Assembly (NCBI RefSeq): GCF_018977255.1
Contig: NW_024704743.1
Coordinates: forward strand, 115,322,001-115,386,000
DNA: 64,000 nucleotides
Direction: 5' to 3'
Source of the DNA: Callorhinchus milii
Taxonomy: Eukaryota
Shown: piece after piece, positions 26,903 to 39,600 of the stretch
Numbering within the stretch: the stretch's first letter is position 1
Layout: every line of letters starts with the position of its first letter
Translations under genes and position numbers: made by a program
The notes under the pieces: model-generated
What the model was told of the DNA's origin: nothing
What the model saw: only the letters and a program-made list of their open reading frames with translations
Databases searched by the model: none

Positions 26903-28555
26903 GTAAGTTCCTATTTTAATTTGGTTTATATTTTCCTTATTTTTCCTAATAGAACCATAAAGCACAAAACAAGAAAATGACATTCTGATCCATTTGAGCC
27001 TATTCTTCCAATAAACTTTCTGTAATACGCCTAGGACTGATATGGAGTATTCTTGTTCTGCCTTATATTTCTTCTTTTAATCTAAATTTAACCCCGAATT
27101 CAACTGGATTGGCTGTGTATCTGTTGCTTATTGGATGTTGCTGTGTAGATTTTTGTTTGCTGTTTGCCAATATAACACTCACTTAATTTCTAATGCATTT
27201 GAAGCCATTTATTTTCAGATGAAAAGTACTAAGTAAATGCAACTTATTAGTAGTTTTATTATTATTGTGGGCTGCAAATTTAATTGCCTGAGATAGATGA
27301 ATAATCACAAGTGTCTGAGAAGAACAAATTCCTTGGTTTCTTCCTCACCAAAATTATCCAAAATTTCAGGGCATACAATATGGTCAGTGTTAAATGATAT
27401 GCTGGGCAACTGCATTCCATGGGTAATGTTTTATATTGACATAAGTTCTTTGATTAGTAAATCTTGACCAGGTAGCTATTGGTTATTTCAAAGCTACCAG
27501 TTGAGTTCACATGAACTGCATCTGATGGGATTCTAAAAGTTTTGAAACTCCAGTCTTGTGCAAGGTGAGTATTCTTTGGCTGATTTGAGGTATTTGAGAA
27601 TGTTTCACAACTGTCACCTGGAGCATTTTGTACACATAGAAGGGATGGAAGCTCATACATGTTTGTATAAACCCCTGATAAGAATGAGCTAAGCAGGTTG
27701 TTCAACCTGATGATGTCAAGAGGTGAGGGAGGGACGGTAAGTTCTTTAATAGAGCGAGTTTTGATGTCAGCATTCACAATCTCTGAAACTTATCTTAGAC
27801 AAATCAAAGCAATTTCACATCAGTACCATTCCAAATAAGGGTTATGTTTTCATAAGCAATAAATAATCATCTATTGTGTTGAATCCTTTACAGAATAAGG
27901 AAAGCCAGAGTATGAAACCATCACGATTTAACAAAACAGGATAAAATCCTAATGTGCAACTTGACCTTTGCATTTATAATATTCAGTCTCAAAGAATGTC
28001 AAAACTAGAAAACACTATGAAAACAATTTAATGGACATGATTTGTGTTTAGGTCACATTAGGTGTTTGCACTTATTTTTTATGCATCCTTGTTCTGTTTT
28101 CTTACAAAACACTCTTATGTGAAAGTGGATATTTGAATGTGTTTTCAGACAGATTTGCAAAGCTTCATTTACGGGTACACTAGTTTAAAGAATCATTCCC
28201 ACAGTAAGATGGCCCTACTGTTTCTTCTCTTCTTCCCCCTCACCCCTCCCCAATACAAAAACTTTAAAAAAAAATGTTCCCTGAAAGAAAGCAAAAGCAT
28301 AACATGACTCCCAAACAATCAAAAGCTCCTTAAAAGGTCTAAGCTGAGACTGGAAACTTCCTGGGAGGGAACTGCAAGGGAAACTGCTCTACATGATCTT
28401 ATGCCTAAAATCACCATATTGAGGGAGATATTGTTGAAATATTCCAATTGTTGCAGCTGCAAACACTAAAATTCAAGTAAAAATGTTTGAGTTCCTTTAG
28501 ATGGATTCATAACACAACATTGTTTAAGTAAGCAACTTTTTTTTTCTCTCTCTAG

Positions 28556-28655
28556 GCTCCTTCAAATTCTACTGAACTTGGAAACTATAACACTGGTGTG
28601 CAGATGGGATGCTGGGGCCTTGTCGGTTATGCTGTTACCTCTGCCATCTGCTCAG
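28556..28655 (+). CDS. SLC45A4: SLC45A4 coding exon (absent from ORF track)
   Basis: ctctctag|GCT...TCAG|gttagt, 100 nt, phase 0-1. Read by hand as APSNSTELGNYNTGVQMGCWGLVGYAVTSAICS, carrying the GV.MGCWGL motif of SLC45. Confidence 0.93.
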
Positions 28656-28799
28656 GTTAGTATTGAGATCAACTGTGCTGGAAACAAACTGTTTGTTACA
28701 GGTGTCTTGACATCTGCAGAAACCTGTCACCATGTTTAAGAAAGAGTACTCAAACCAGAGTGGGAGTTCCTCATATGTATGCCACTTACAAATGGAAAT

Positions 28800-29860
28800 T
28801 AACCTGTGTCTGGAATGGAATGCCTCCATGGAGGGATGGAACTTGCTTACATAATTCTGGAGAGTTTTAGGTGCAGGTTGGCAAGAGCAAAGGCTTTGTG
28901 ACCCCAGTGTGTGTGTTTGGGGTACTTCTGGAGATTAACCAGTTACAACTGCAAAGCTTGCCATTCAGAGCACTGTCTGTCAAGGTTCTTGCTGCTTGTT
29001 CAACTAGGACTGCCCTATCCTTTAAGGCTTTGACTTGTAGGATTAACATAACATGTGGGAGCAGGAGTTGGCCATTCGGCCCTTCGAGCCTGCCCCGCCA
29101 TTCAGTCATGGCTGATCTTCTAATCTAACTCCAGCTAATAACCTAACACTGCCTTATCCCCATATCCCTTAACCCTTTTGCAATAAGAAATCTATCTATC
29201 TCAATCTTGAATATGTTCAAGGACTGAGCGTCAACAGCCCTTTGTGGTAGCGAGTTCCATACATTCACCACTCTGAGTGAAAAAATTCTTCCTCAACTCA
29301 GTGTGAACAGGCTGGCTCTGATTTTAAGTTTGTGACCCCTGGTTTTAGTTTCTCAAACCAGGGAAACAATCTCCCACTATCTACTCTATCATGCCCTTTG
29401 ATCTTATAGGTTTCTATAAGATTAACAGGAGCTGAGTCGGAAGAATCCCTGCCCCCAGTGACTGGTATGGCCCTACACGTCCTGCCGATGAGCCAGGCTG
29501 GCTGGTCTGTCATCAGCAGTGACCTGGAGTATTGTGGACCCACGCACCTGGCTCAGGAATTGGTCTACCTAGATCAGTGTGATGCATTCAGCCTGGCGAG
29601 TGATTTTATCCGGCTGAGACCATTTCCAGTATTCCAACATCCGCTTCCTCCCATGGCAGCGGCAGAAGCCAGCGGTTGAGAGGACGCAGCGCGGAGACTG
29701 GAAATAATACTACTGCAGTCTTTATCAGGAAGGCAAGCATGTCTCTTTACCAACTTAGCAACCGCCGGCTCCTGCCTCTGCAGATAGTGATTGCTGCACG
29801 GCTGATTGGCAGAGAGAGGGATTGAGGTGGGAGGGTGGGAGAGAGAAGGATACTGAAGGA
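28800..29860 (+). repeat. Unclassified ancient interspersed repeat, interrupted by a CR1 fragment
   Basis: Colinear similarity to 41995-42480, 17440-17592, 8040-8285 and 22541-22635. Confidence 0.7.
29049..29419 (-). mobile_element. CR1-type LINE 3' fragment with 8-bp target-site duplication
   Basis: ggagcaggagttggccattcggcccttcgagcctgc tail; minus frame gives LIETYK...GHDRVDSGRLFP. Flanked by gattaaca at 29041-29048 and 29420-29427. Confidence 0.8.
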
Positions 29861-29958
29861 TATCAAGTTAGTACTATCAGAACATTGGTGTAAAGGAGCA
29901 CTTAAGTGACTCACATTAATATACCCTGTCAATAATCTTTTTTTTCCCCCTCTGACAG

Positions 29959-30170
29959 CGATCTTACAGAAGTACCTGGACAACTATGACTTGAGCATCA
30001 AGGTTATCTACATACTGGGAACGTTGGGTTTTGCAATTGGTACTGCCGTGATGGCAATTTTTCCAAATGTTTATGTAGCAATGATAATGATCAGCACAAT
30101 GGGAATAGTGTCCATGAGTATCTCATACTGTCCATATGCTCTTCTTGGACAATACCATGAAATGAAAGAG
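29959..30170 (+). CDS. SLC45A4: SLC45A4 coding exon
   Basis: ctgacag|CG...AAAGAG|gtgagc, 212 nt, phase 1-0. Encodes ILQKYLDNYDLSIKVIYILGTLGFAIGTAVMAIFPNVYVAM...ISYCPYALLGQYHEMKE. Confidence 0.94.
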
Positions 30171-30286
30171 GTGAGCAGTATTTTCATTTGGTTTCTTCTT
30201 TGTAATTATTGAAGTGCCAAGTTTAAATATGTAATGTTACTAAAATAACAAAGATGGGATGCAAAGAGTTTCATTTGCATCTGAAA

Positions 30287-30630
30287 TAGAGTCCTGTTGC
30301 ATATTGGTTTGAGGACTCGTCTCGCAAGTGAGAGGACCTGGGATCGATTCCCAGGCAGAGAGAAACCTTAGGCAAGTTTTCTTACTCCACACACATCTGT
30401 TTACCTGGCAGTAAGTAGGAACCCAGTTGTTAGTCAATTGGCAGATCACTTTCCAGGGGTAATAATCCCTTGAAAAAAATCATAATAATTTGACTGGGGC
30501 AATGTTGTGCGTAATTGGCTACCATGTTTCACTCACAAAAATATACAGTCCACAGTATAGTCTGTGAAGTGCTTTGAGATGTCTCAACAATGTGATAAGG
30601 CTCTATATTAAATGCAAACTTTATTTATTA
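30287..30630 (+). mobile_element. Deu-domain SINE, long variant, diverged
   Basis: gagtcctgttgc...ggatcgattccc head, gtaagtaggaacc insert and tail. Confidence 0.75.
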
Positions 30631-31146
30631 AATATCCAGTTGACTGGATTCTGTTTCTGACTGTTTAATATTATATTTGTAATATACTACTAATATACAT
30701 TTATGTATTTTTAATATACTACAATGAGACTACTAATCTCATTGTTTTGGGGGGATTGCCAGGTGCAAATTAACTGCTGGATTTTCCTCCATTGTCAATA
30801 TTCAGTTATTTTCTAATCAGTCTGATTCTGTATAGTGATTGGGAATGTTTCTTTTCCTTGCTATATAAATGAAAATTGTAAGTTAGTCTCCAATTACCAG
30901 AATGATAAAGGATTCAGGAAAATATTCTTCCATTACAGTTGTACATCTAAGTGCACAGATTACAATTTAGATGGATTAGAACTCCATTATTGAACTTTGC
31001 CAGGCAAGCTCAGTCTTGTGTTGCTGGAGTGTATGATGCCTGATAGCAGATCTTTGACAGTAACTGTGTAAACTCAGAGATAAGATTTCATAGGGCAGAT
31101 CATCATCATTCAGTCTGGTCAGATTAACAATTGTTTTGTTTTGCAG

Positions 31147-31506
31147 TATATACACCACAGCCCTGGGAACTCCAAGAGGGGCTTTGGGATCGACTGTGCA
31201 ATCCTCTCTTGTCAGGTTTACATCTCCCAAATACTGGTGGCCTCGGCACTGGGTGGTGTGGTGGATGTAGTTGGCACTGTCAGAGTCATCCCCATCGTAG
31301 CGTCTATTGGTTCCTTCCTTGGCTTTTTGGCTGCCTTACTTCTGGTAATGTATCCACACGATCAGGACGACACTAAAGAAGAAGAGAATCAAATGGCTCT
31401 CACGGGATCTGCAGAATGCAATGGAAAAAATGGCGAGAAGCCGGTGGTCTTGAAGCTGACTCGTAAAGGCGCTGTCTCTGAAGTGGACAGTGAATCAGCT
31501 GTTTGA
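31147..31506 (+). CDS. SLC45A4: SLC45A4 last coding exon
   Basis: ttttgcag|TAT. Encodes YIHHSPGNSKRGFGIDCAILSCQVYISQILVASALGGVV...EKPVVLKLTRKGAVSEVDSESAV, stop TGA at 31504-31506. Confidence 0.94.
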   Translation, partial: YIHHSPGNSKRGFGIDCAILSCQVYISQILVASALGGVVDVVGTVRVIPIVASIGSFLGFLAALLLVMYPHDQDDTKEEENQMALTGSAECNGKNGEKPVVLKLTRKGAVSEVDSESAV

Positions 31507-34500
31507 ACATCCATCAGCAAAACATTCCAAAATTGCATGATCAAAAATGTGTAACAAATGTCCTGTCTTTGTCTACTGTGACTGCAGTCTTAACCAACTG
31601 TGCTTTAAAACAATGACCACATTAGCTTCTGGTAAAAGCCTGACTCAGCAGTCTGGTATTGTGGAGATTTTCTGTAAGATCAGACTTGTTTTTGTTTCCT
31701 TAAACACATTTGCTGATTTCACTTTCCAGTGGCTATAGAGAGAAATCAGGTGAATAAGTTAACATTTAGTTCATCCAAAAATAATGTTTGGATTTTAAAT
31801 CTGGCACCTTAAAGGCAGCTGCTGAAATATTATTTTGCTGTTTATATTACAACCTTTCAGAGGTCCTACTTTTAAGCCTGGACAAAACTAGCTTACCCTG
31901 AAAGAAAAGGTTAAAACAAACTTGACCCAGGTTCATACATCATTGAATTGCAAAAATTTCAGCACAGAAAGAGGATATTGCCCCCAATCTACCTGTGCCA
32001 TCCTCACCCCCCCCCCCCCCCCCCACTGGAGTTATAAACTTTTAATTCCACTAACGCTTAAATGATCAAAATGAACAGAAAGATCTCATCCAGTTGTTAC
32101 TGAAAAAGTAAAAGTTCAGGCCAAATGTTCTAGTTTTCTGGTCATATGAATGTTTTCTAAACTTTATTGTGGAGTAATTTGTTCCCTTGTAGTGCTTGCT
32201 GTCAGCATCTTACTAGCTATTCGAATAGGCAGTGAACTCCCTCAAAAGTAATCTGTAATTGATTTTGGTTATGATGAGATGACCTGTCATGTTCCTCTCA
32301 ATACTATTTCTGGTTAACATAGAATTGATTTCATCTTGTTTTACTAATTTATGATAACCAAAATACCAGTTTCCTGGTGCTCCACTAAAAGCTTTACATA
32401 GCTGAAATCAGAATATGTGCAATGTGCCTGGATTGGCAAAACCTTAGCTAGGAATATGTTCCCTCAAAGCTATATTTGTGTGTGCACACGTGGGGATTGG
32501 TCTCTTCAGGGATGTCAATTTATAATTAGTCAATAATCTGATCTGCTTTTAAATATAAATAATTATCTAGATTTAATTTACTCTATTTTTAGTTGATGTA
32601 TTTTACCAATTTTTTTTAGAATTTTGAAAGAAGCAGTCCTAATGCAATGTTTTCTTTTCATTAGTTTTATTTTTCACCTGAAGGTTTGGGTGAAGAAATT
32701 TCTGATATAAATACTACAAGGCAATGCAACTCTTATTAATAATAAAAAAGGCTTAACACATCAAATAATTATGTAGCTTCATACAGCCTACTTATTTAAT
32801 TTGAATTTTATTGACAAATCTCCTATACTTGTACTGTGTCACCTGTAGATGCCTAGGTTGGCTGCTGATTATTGTGTTTGTTCTGATTATATATTTGCTT
32901 TTTCAGCCAGGATTGTAGTCTATGCTGCTCTGTGATCACATCACAGTCTGTGTATTTCTGACAGAGGAGCCTGTCAATTACCTCCATAGAAAAGTGCTTC
33001 CATTTTTCAGCTGAAACTTGCCCAAAGGTTGAATGTTACTCTGGCTGCAATTTGAATTCAAGGACCCTCTGATTGGGATTCACTATTAGAACTAATAGGT
33101 TAGCAGCTTGGCTATGATGGAGGAATTTGAATAATGCTTGAAATTATGGCTGTAACAAAATGAGAGCTGCCCAAAATTATGGCTACATTTTATCACTGAT
33201 CAAATTCATGAAGCATGGTGAAAGTGGTGCCATTCTTGTGAAGATTGGAACCACAAAAGCTTGGTTTTGATCAACATAAGTCTGTCATGGGTTGAATGAA
33301 CTTGTCTGGTACGAGCCAGAAGAATTCACCATCAATAAAAAGCATAGAGTGGAGTGTCATTATTGCCCACAGCCCTCTCTTCAATGATATCAACTGGAGT
33401 TGTGAAGCTGGAAAATTTACAGCTTTATTTACAGCCTTGATGCTTCCAGTACTGGCCTGAGCCTTACTCAGCTTGGTTTGGGGTGAGAAATACAATTCAG
33501 AATGACTTTGTCACACTAAGTGATCAGAATGAAGAAAAAAGACTTAACCTCTGAGTTTTTTTTGTGTGTTGCGTGTATATAAATCAAACAGATGTTGCAA
33601 TAATTCAGATATCTACCTTTGAACGCATGCAGAAATTGTGCTGTGTCATCACCGGGAGAAAATAATGGCAATGTGTATAAATCTCCTGAACCCCATCAGT
33701 CAATCCATTATTATTACTTGAAGTGTGGATGCAGTGCAAGAATGTAAGTGTGCAAAGACACCATCTTGCCAAAGCCAATAGCTGATGACAAAGGAAAGGA
33801 CACTGTAGGAATTCTGTAGTTCAACACAATGGTTTAATTTCATCAAGATGTTGAATTAATACTAAAGCAAAACTCTTCATGAATGTAGTCTTTGAATGCT
33901 AAGGTGATCCAACAGAGAAAATTGCACAGTTTTACATCAAGATAGACTTTTAAACGCATTTTTCACTCCTATTTATTTTGGAATTGTATTGTGAAATGAT
34001 TATTTTTGTGTATGTCAAAAAGTACTACTGAGAACTTAGCAGACCTGTTCTAGCAGGATGTATCTAAACATTTGGGTTGGGTGGAGTTTACATGCTGTTC
34101 TGAGCTCTCCTTAAGATTTAAAGTTTTTGGTTTCTCACTTTTATTGTATAAAAATGTCTAAAATGCAAAATATTTGATGTTTTTCAGAGCTTGTCAAAGC
34201 CTTATGTCAATGCAATGGCTTATCTTTTGCCCAGAAAATCTGAAATGACAAATGTTTTGAACAAAAATGTTGGGATAGTAAATGGTTTTCTAATTGCCAG
34301 ATCCAGGTATATTTTATAGAAATGTCAATTCATTGGGAATTGGGGGAGGGAATGAGAGTTCAACAAATATAAACAATTGATTTTAAGCATAGTAAAAATG
34401 ACCAGGATTTGAATTTCTTTCAATGCTATGACTTGTTCATTTTATTTGATACAAAAGATGGTGCCTTGTTTGCAGCACCTCCTGAAGATACACCCAATGG

Positions 34501-35297
34501 AGAGAATTCTAGCTCATTTTGTGGGAACAGGTCCCGATATGATTGCTTCATGTTCTGCACCTTCAGATATATAGCGGAAGTAATTCTAGGTTTGGCACAT
34601 TCTTTGTTTTAAGTTCAAACTCTTGGCGTATTGTTGAGGAAAGCCTCTCCGCTGAGCCAGCGAGTGTAAAACCATAGCAAAGGATTTGATATTACCCCCA
34701 CGTCAAAACTTACTGAAATATGCCAATGATTGCTCCCAATTTGCACAGTGTGTATATGGTATTTTCTGTATAAGAAATACCACAACTTGTCTCAGATCCA
34801 TGGTTTTAGGAGGTTGGTGTCACCTTGTAACCATTGAATGGCATGGAGGGGAAAAAATCAAACCCTCCAATTTGTAACAATCGCTTATATAAAGACATCT
34901 CATTTTAAATATGGTTCCATGGTGAACTGGCCAAAGTAAACTGCTTTTTTTAATCAACTTATTAAGTTGGGGCGTAAGTAGCTCTTGCTGAGTGGAAATA
35001 TTAAATGTGTTAAACACATTATGCTGTTAGTTTCTGAAAAAAAAAGGGATGAAAGCAAAGAATGTTTAAGAATGATAGACTTTGTGTGGCAGCCTTTTTT
35101 ATTTCTATATTTTCAAGCTATTTGTTCTGTTGGAAGGATTTAAGCATTTGTTGTTGCATGAAAACAGAGGCTGTTTGACTATGTTCAGCACTTTCCATTT
35201 TGACTGTGTACTCTTGGTTTGATTTTTAAAAAAATGTTTAAAAAGAGATTCTATTCTTCCACCTACAGTGTTTCAGTATATTCTCTATTTCATGAAG

Positions 35298-35303
35298 AAT
35301 AAA
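35298..35303 (+). terminator. Candidate SLC45A4 polyadenylation signal (would imply ~3.8 kb 3' UTR)
   Basis: AATAAA followed about 20 nt later by GT-rich tttgttgttatt, at the end of a long repeat-poor AT-rich stretch. Other AATAAA hexamers exist, so usage is inferred. Confidence 0.45.
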
Positions 35304-36205
35304 AAAAATCAGAATATTTACAAATTTGTTGTTATTCCTCCGCAAAAGGGAACGAGTTGGATATGAATTGAGTAGATGGAAGAAAAACAATGTGGTGAAT
35401 CATAAGAGCCACTTAAGTGGTTGAATCAGAATAAGGACAGTCGAGGACTGGAGCGAGTTCACACAAGGGCAGGAATCCAATATTGTTAGGACTATAATGA
35501 GAAGTTCACAACATCAAGGGATGGAGAGATGGGTCTATTTTTGTTTAAGCTTGAAGATTTATTGAGGACACTTGGTCCAACTTCCCACCTGGTTCCTCCA
35601 TTCCCATATTCATTTGATGTTTTACATTTATCTAATTGCCTTTTAAATGTTGCATTGTTCTGCTTCAATTGCTGCTTGTAATAAGGAATTCCACATTCTG
35701 TAACAGTTTGCATAAGTTCAATTTCCCATCCTTTCTGATAACCAACAAACAGCAATTTAAACTTTTCCTGGCATGCAAGATAACAGCAGGAAACAATTAA
35801 TGCTGGGCTTCGAACAAGTCCTTAAAAGATGGAAGATTACCCACATCTAGATGACTGGAAATTTCTTTAAAATGACCTGATGGGATACAAACTCTAGCAG
35901 TAAATGGTTGAAGAAATGAACAATTATTCTTAACCCAGTGTCTTAAATAATTAGTTTCCTATTATACTCCTGCCCAAACATCCACTCTGATTATGCTCAT
36001 TCTGCAGCCCCTCTGTTATATGGACCAGTGCACAGGCAGAATTGATAAACAACTGGACAAAAAACAGCAATCAAACTTCAAGTGAGATTGGTACTAAATA
36101 TTTTAAGTATCTAAACTAAAAAGGGTATGGATAAAGAGCAGAGCGTCTGGTACTGGATTTGAAGATTTCTCACCTCAGGTAAATGGATCACTTAATAGAA
36201 TTGCC

Positions 36206-36211
36206 TTTATT
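36206..36211 (-). terminator. Candidate DENND3 polyadenylation signal
   Basis: tttatt on + (AATAAA on -), preceded on the minus strand by U-rich UGUA-containing sequence near 36290-36330. Usage is inferred. Confidence 0.35.
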
Positions 36212-36897
36212 AAAAGTTAGAACATGACCTGAGGAAAACTTTTTTTTAAAATAAGTAGTATACATAACTTCAGATGTTAGAGAAAATAAGATTTTGTACA
36301 AAATACAAAAACATTGACAAATATAAAACTTTGCATTATCAATTGAGTGCAATCAAAACAAATTATTTCAACTGTGAACCTTTAATTAAGTGCTCAAAAA
36401 AGCGATGAACATTTCCTAGACATAGGAATGGAAAGGGAAGCGTTTCATGTGCTCTACTTCATAGTCTTAAACAATGTTTTTTTGTTCCAATTGTGTCCAT
36501 TAATTAGTTTTTTTTGTGTTAGGCCCGGCCGCGCATGAAACAAAATGGCTGACCTCTGTTGCTGCACAACTGGCTGAGAGACTATCACTTAGTATCAGCA
36601 ATTACCTCAGAAAGGAATCCTTAAAAGGTAAATTCTAAGGAAAACTGCTAACTCCACAAGTCCCAGCATTAAGATATAAGTAGCCAAACTGCTGAAATCA
36701 AAAGAAAATCTGTTCATGGTGAAGATATCTACATTAATATTTGCCAATAATTAAGACTGAGGCTGAAAAGAAAAGGGACCTAGATGAAAAGGATGAATAA
36801 GGAGGTCAAAACTAAAGACTAAACAGAAATATTTCAAAATAAAAAGAGATTAAAAAGAAATAGTCATACAAAAGACAATGGGTGAACTAAAAGGATT

Positions 36898-36939
36898 AAT
36901 AAACATAATCAAGTGAATAATAAACATAATCAAGTGAAT
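36898..36939 (+). repeat. Perfect 21-bp tandem duplication
   Basis: aataaacataatcaagtgaat occurs twice in tandem. Confidence 0.9.
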
Positions 36940-37062
36940 AACAAATTCCTTCAACACTTCTATAGTATTCAAAACAGTCAGAAAACTGATACTTATTAGG
37001 TTACTTCTACTACTTTCACAGAAAAAGTTAAATACCAATTTTTGCATTTGATCAATGCAAGG

Positions 37063-37380
37063 TATTATAATAATACTTGCATTTGATATAGCGCTTTTCA
37101 CGTCGGGAGGATGTCCCAAAGCGCTTCACAGAACACACTGTAAAGTGAATTGACTGTATATTTGTGGGCGAACGCGGCAGCCAATTGTGCACAGCAATGT
37201 CCCACAAACAGTCGTGGATTGAAAATGACCAATTTATTATTGTTTTGTTTTTTGGAGGGATTATTATTAGGCTCTGTGTGGAGTAAGGAAACTTGCCCAA
37301 GGTTTCGCCCTCTGCCTGGAATTGAACTCAGATCTCTCGCTTAGAAAGCGAGTGCTCTAACCATTGAGCTACAGGACTCC
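37063..37380 (-). mobile_element. Deu-domain SINE, short variant, downstream of the DENND3 stop
   Basis: Near-identical reverse complement of 12756-13070. Confidence 0.87.
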
Positions 37381-38651
37381 GATTATTGCACATCCATTAC
37401 TGTTACTTTCATAGTAGAAAATATATATTTTTACATATGTGATAATGACTAGTTAGCTCTACAATATACTCATTAAACAATGCATATCTCACAAAAGATT
37501 ATCTGAATAAGGAGGTATAAACTACAGACATGTATGCAAATAAGGATTAAAAAGATGCAATACAATCGCAGGGTTCAGATGACTTGTCTAACTCCCTCAG
37601 CTGTGGTTCCCATTTAGCAGCTTCTCCATTAACAATTCATGATTCTGGATTCATATTTAGCCACTGCCTTCTCTCAAGATATGATGTGACGGTCCGTACA
37701 GCATTGTCTGCCAAATTATTTAAACCACAGAGGGTTGCGATAATATATGGTATCCACTGCCTCAGAATACAAAGACAATTGAAATATTTGAGATAAAATA
37801 TTGAGGGGTATTAAGAAACATGGGGGAAAAAGACAGCTAAATGGGATTAGAAAGAATGGCCACAAATTAATCAAATGGTCAAATGGCCTTTTGGTGTTCA
37901 TATAATACACTGTACTTGGTCACAGACAGCTGATTGATACAGCAAAATCCATCTCTATGCACTGGTCAGGTTTTTTTTAGGTTTCAGCTGATAACTTTTG
38001 ATGCTGAAAAAAAGTTTTAAAGGTGTTCAAATGGCAGGAATAAGTTCATTGGTGTAAAATGTGATATTTATTCAACGTGGTCCCTGTTATCAGTGAGCCC
38101 TGGAGATGAAAGACCACAATTATAACAACATATGCTAGGTTTGGTTTCACAAAAAGCTGCTACACTTGACAGTAATGACAGTCATGGCCAAAAAAAAAGG
38201 CTTCAAGAAGTTGTGACATAAGGCATAATAAAATACAAGATCTTTCTTTCTCAACATCTGTTTTGAATTGTTGTTGCCAGGGGTTTAGTCCTGTAAGATA
38301 TCTCTGTTCATGTGCAAATACAGAAAATAAATTCAGTTTTAATATTCATGTAGAGCTACAAATCTAGGTTTTCCAATAACATTAAAACCTGAAAATACAA
38401 GGCACTGTTTTTAAATGTAAACATTCACTTGAATGGACAGAATAAACTGAGAGGTTGGCCATGTTAATTCTATTTCTGTGTCAAGAGTCTGATGGTAAAA
38501 CATTTTCTTTGAAAAGAGGAAGATAATCTAACGCCTCACACAAGGTATAGCACATTGTATACACCTTGAAGTATACCCTTTTCTGCTGAAACAGAAACCT
38601 GTTCATTACAGTGGCATTAGGGCCAAAATGTACTAAACATATAGAAGGAAA

Positions 38652-38846
38652 CTATTCCACGTTCCAGATAGCAACCTTGCCATCTTCTCTGCCAGCCCCA
38701 CTAAGAACATATCTGTCTTCAGCACAACATAATGCTCGAACCATGTCCACGTGAGCCACCAATTCCTTTTCCACAGTGTACTTCTCTGCGTCGATCACAT
38801 AGATCTTTCCCTTCACTTTGCCCAATCCTTTTCCTCCGATCCAGAT
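38652..38846 (-). CDS. DENND3: DENND3 last coding exon (WD40 region)
   Basis: tttcag|ATC, 195 nt to TAG. Encodes [64 protein letters not shown], matching my recollection of the DENND3 C-terminus. Confidence 0.93.
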   Translation of the reverse strand: MWIGGKGLGKVKGKIYVIDAEKYTVEKELVAHVDMVRALCCAEDRYVLSGAGREDGKVAIWNVE

Positions 38847-38935
38847 CTGAAAGATTAATAAAAAAAACAATGGTTTTAGCAACTCAACTCACGTACTTGA
38901 GAGCAACTGCAGTCTTAAACGTGTATGCAGATATA

Positions 38936-39181
38936 AAAACACAAAATACTGTAGATCTGAAAACAAAAACAGAGGTCACTAGGACCACTCAGCAGATCAG
39001 GCAGCATCTATGGAGAAAAGAAAGTGAGTCAACGTTTCAGGTCCACGACCCTTCATCAGAACTGGTCCACAACCCTTCAGCCATTCTGATGAAGGGTCGT
39101 GGATCCGAAACGCTGACTCACTTTCCGTTCTCCAAAGATGCTGTCTGACCTGCTGAGTGATCCCAGCAACTTCTATTTTTG
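38936..39181. mobile_element. Inverted pair of Penelope-like terminal repeat units
   Basis: 38960-39063 and 39082-39181 are imperfect reverse complements, each with a hammerhead-type core. Confidence 0.7.
39027..39063 (-). ncRNA. Minimal type I hammerhead ribozyme motif, sense to DENND3 pre-mRNA
   Basis: Minus strand reads AGUU-CUGAUGA-AGGGUC(GUG)GACCU-GAAA-CGUU-GACU. Confidence 0.72.
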
Positions 39182-39511
39182 TATGTAGATATACGTATTA
39201 TGGCCATCAAGCAAGTACTGTATTGGGTGTCCTTATTTTGAACTCATATGGGTTCTAATGCAGAAAATCAGCTTCCGAATTAAAAAATAATTTAAGACAA
39301 TTCCAAAATTCCACAAAATCTTAAATTGTCAAGAAAATGTCTTAAGCCTAATTGCATGAGGAATTTCAGGCTCCAAGTATTTTGAAATTCAACTCACACT
39401 TTCTGAATAGAAGTTCCACATGCTCCACGGATATTGTGCATTTGATGCAACAAAAATATGTAGGGCTCTTGGGCTAAAACAGCCTGGAAATCACATTGCT
39501 ATATACTCTAT

Positions 39512-39600
39512 ACCAGGGTTGTCCAATATGTTAGTCACTAGCCACATGTGTTGAATTGGGAATTTAGATGTGGCAAAATTGTATTTTTGATTAGTAAATA
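39512..39600 (+). mobile_element. Possible hAT/Charlie-like DNA transposon end
   Basis: cagggttgtccaat...cactagccacatgtg resembles MER3/Charlie-type termini from memory. No partner terminus found. Confidence 0.3.

Noticed and set aside
36898..36939. CRISPR-like or functional repeat array
   Set aside because: Only two adjacent copies with no spacer; a simple tandem duplication in eukaryotic DNA.
39082..39118. Active plus-strand hammerhead
   Set aside because: The cleavage triplet reads GCU rather than NUH and stem I pairing is weakened; kept only as the antisense arm.
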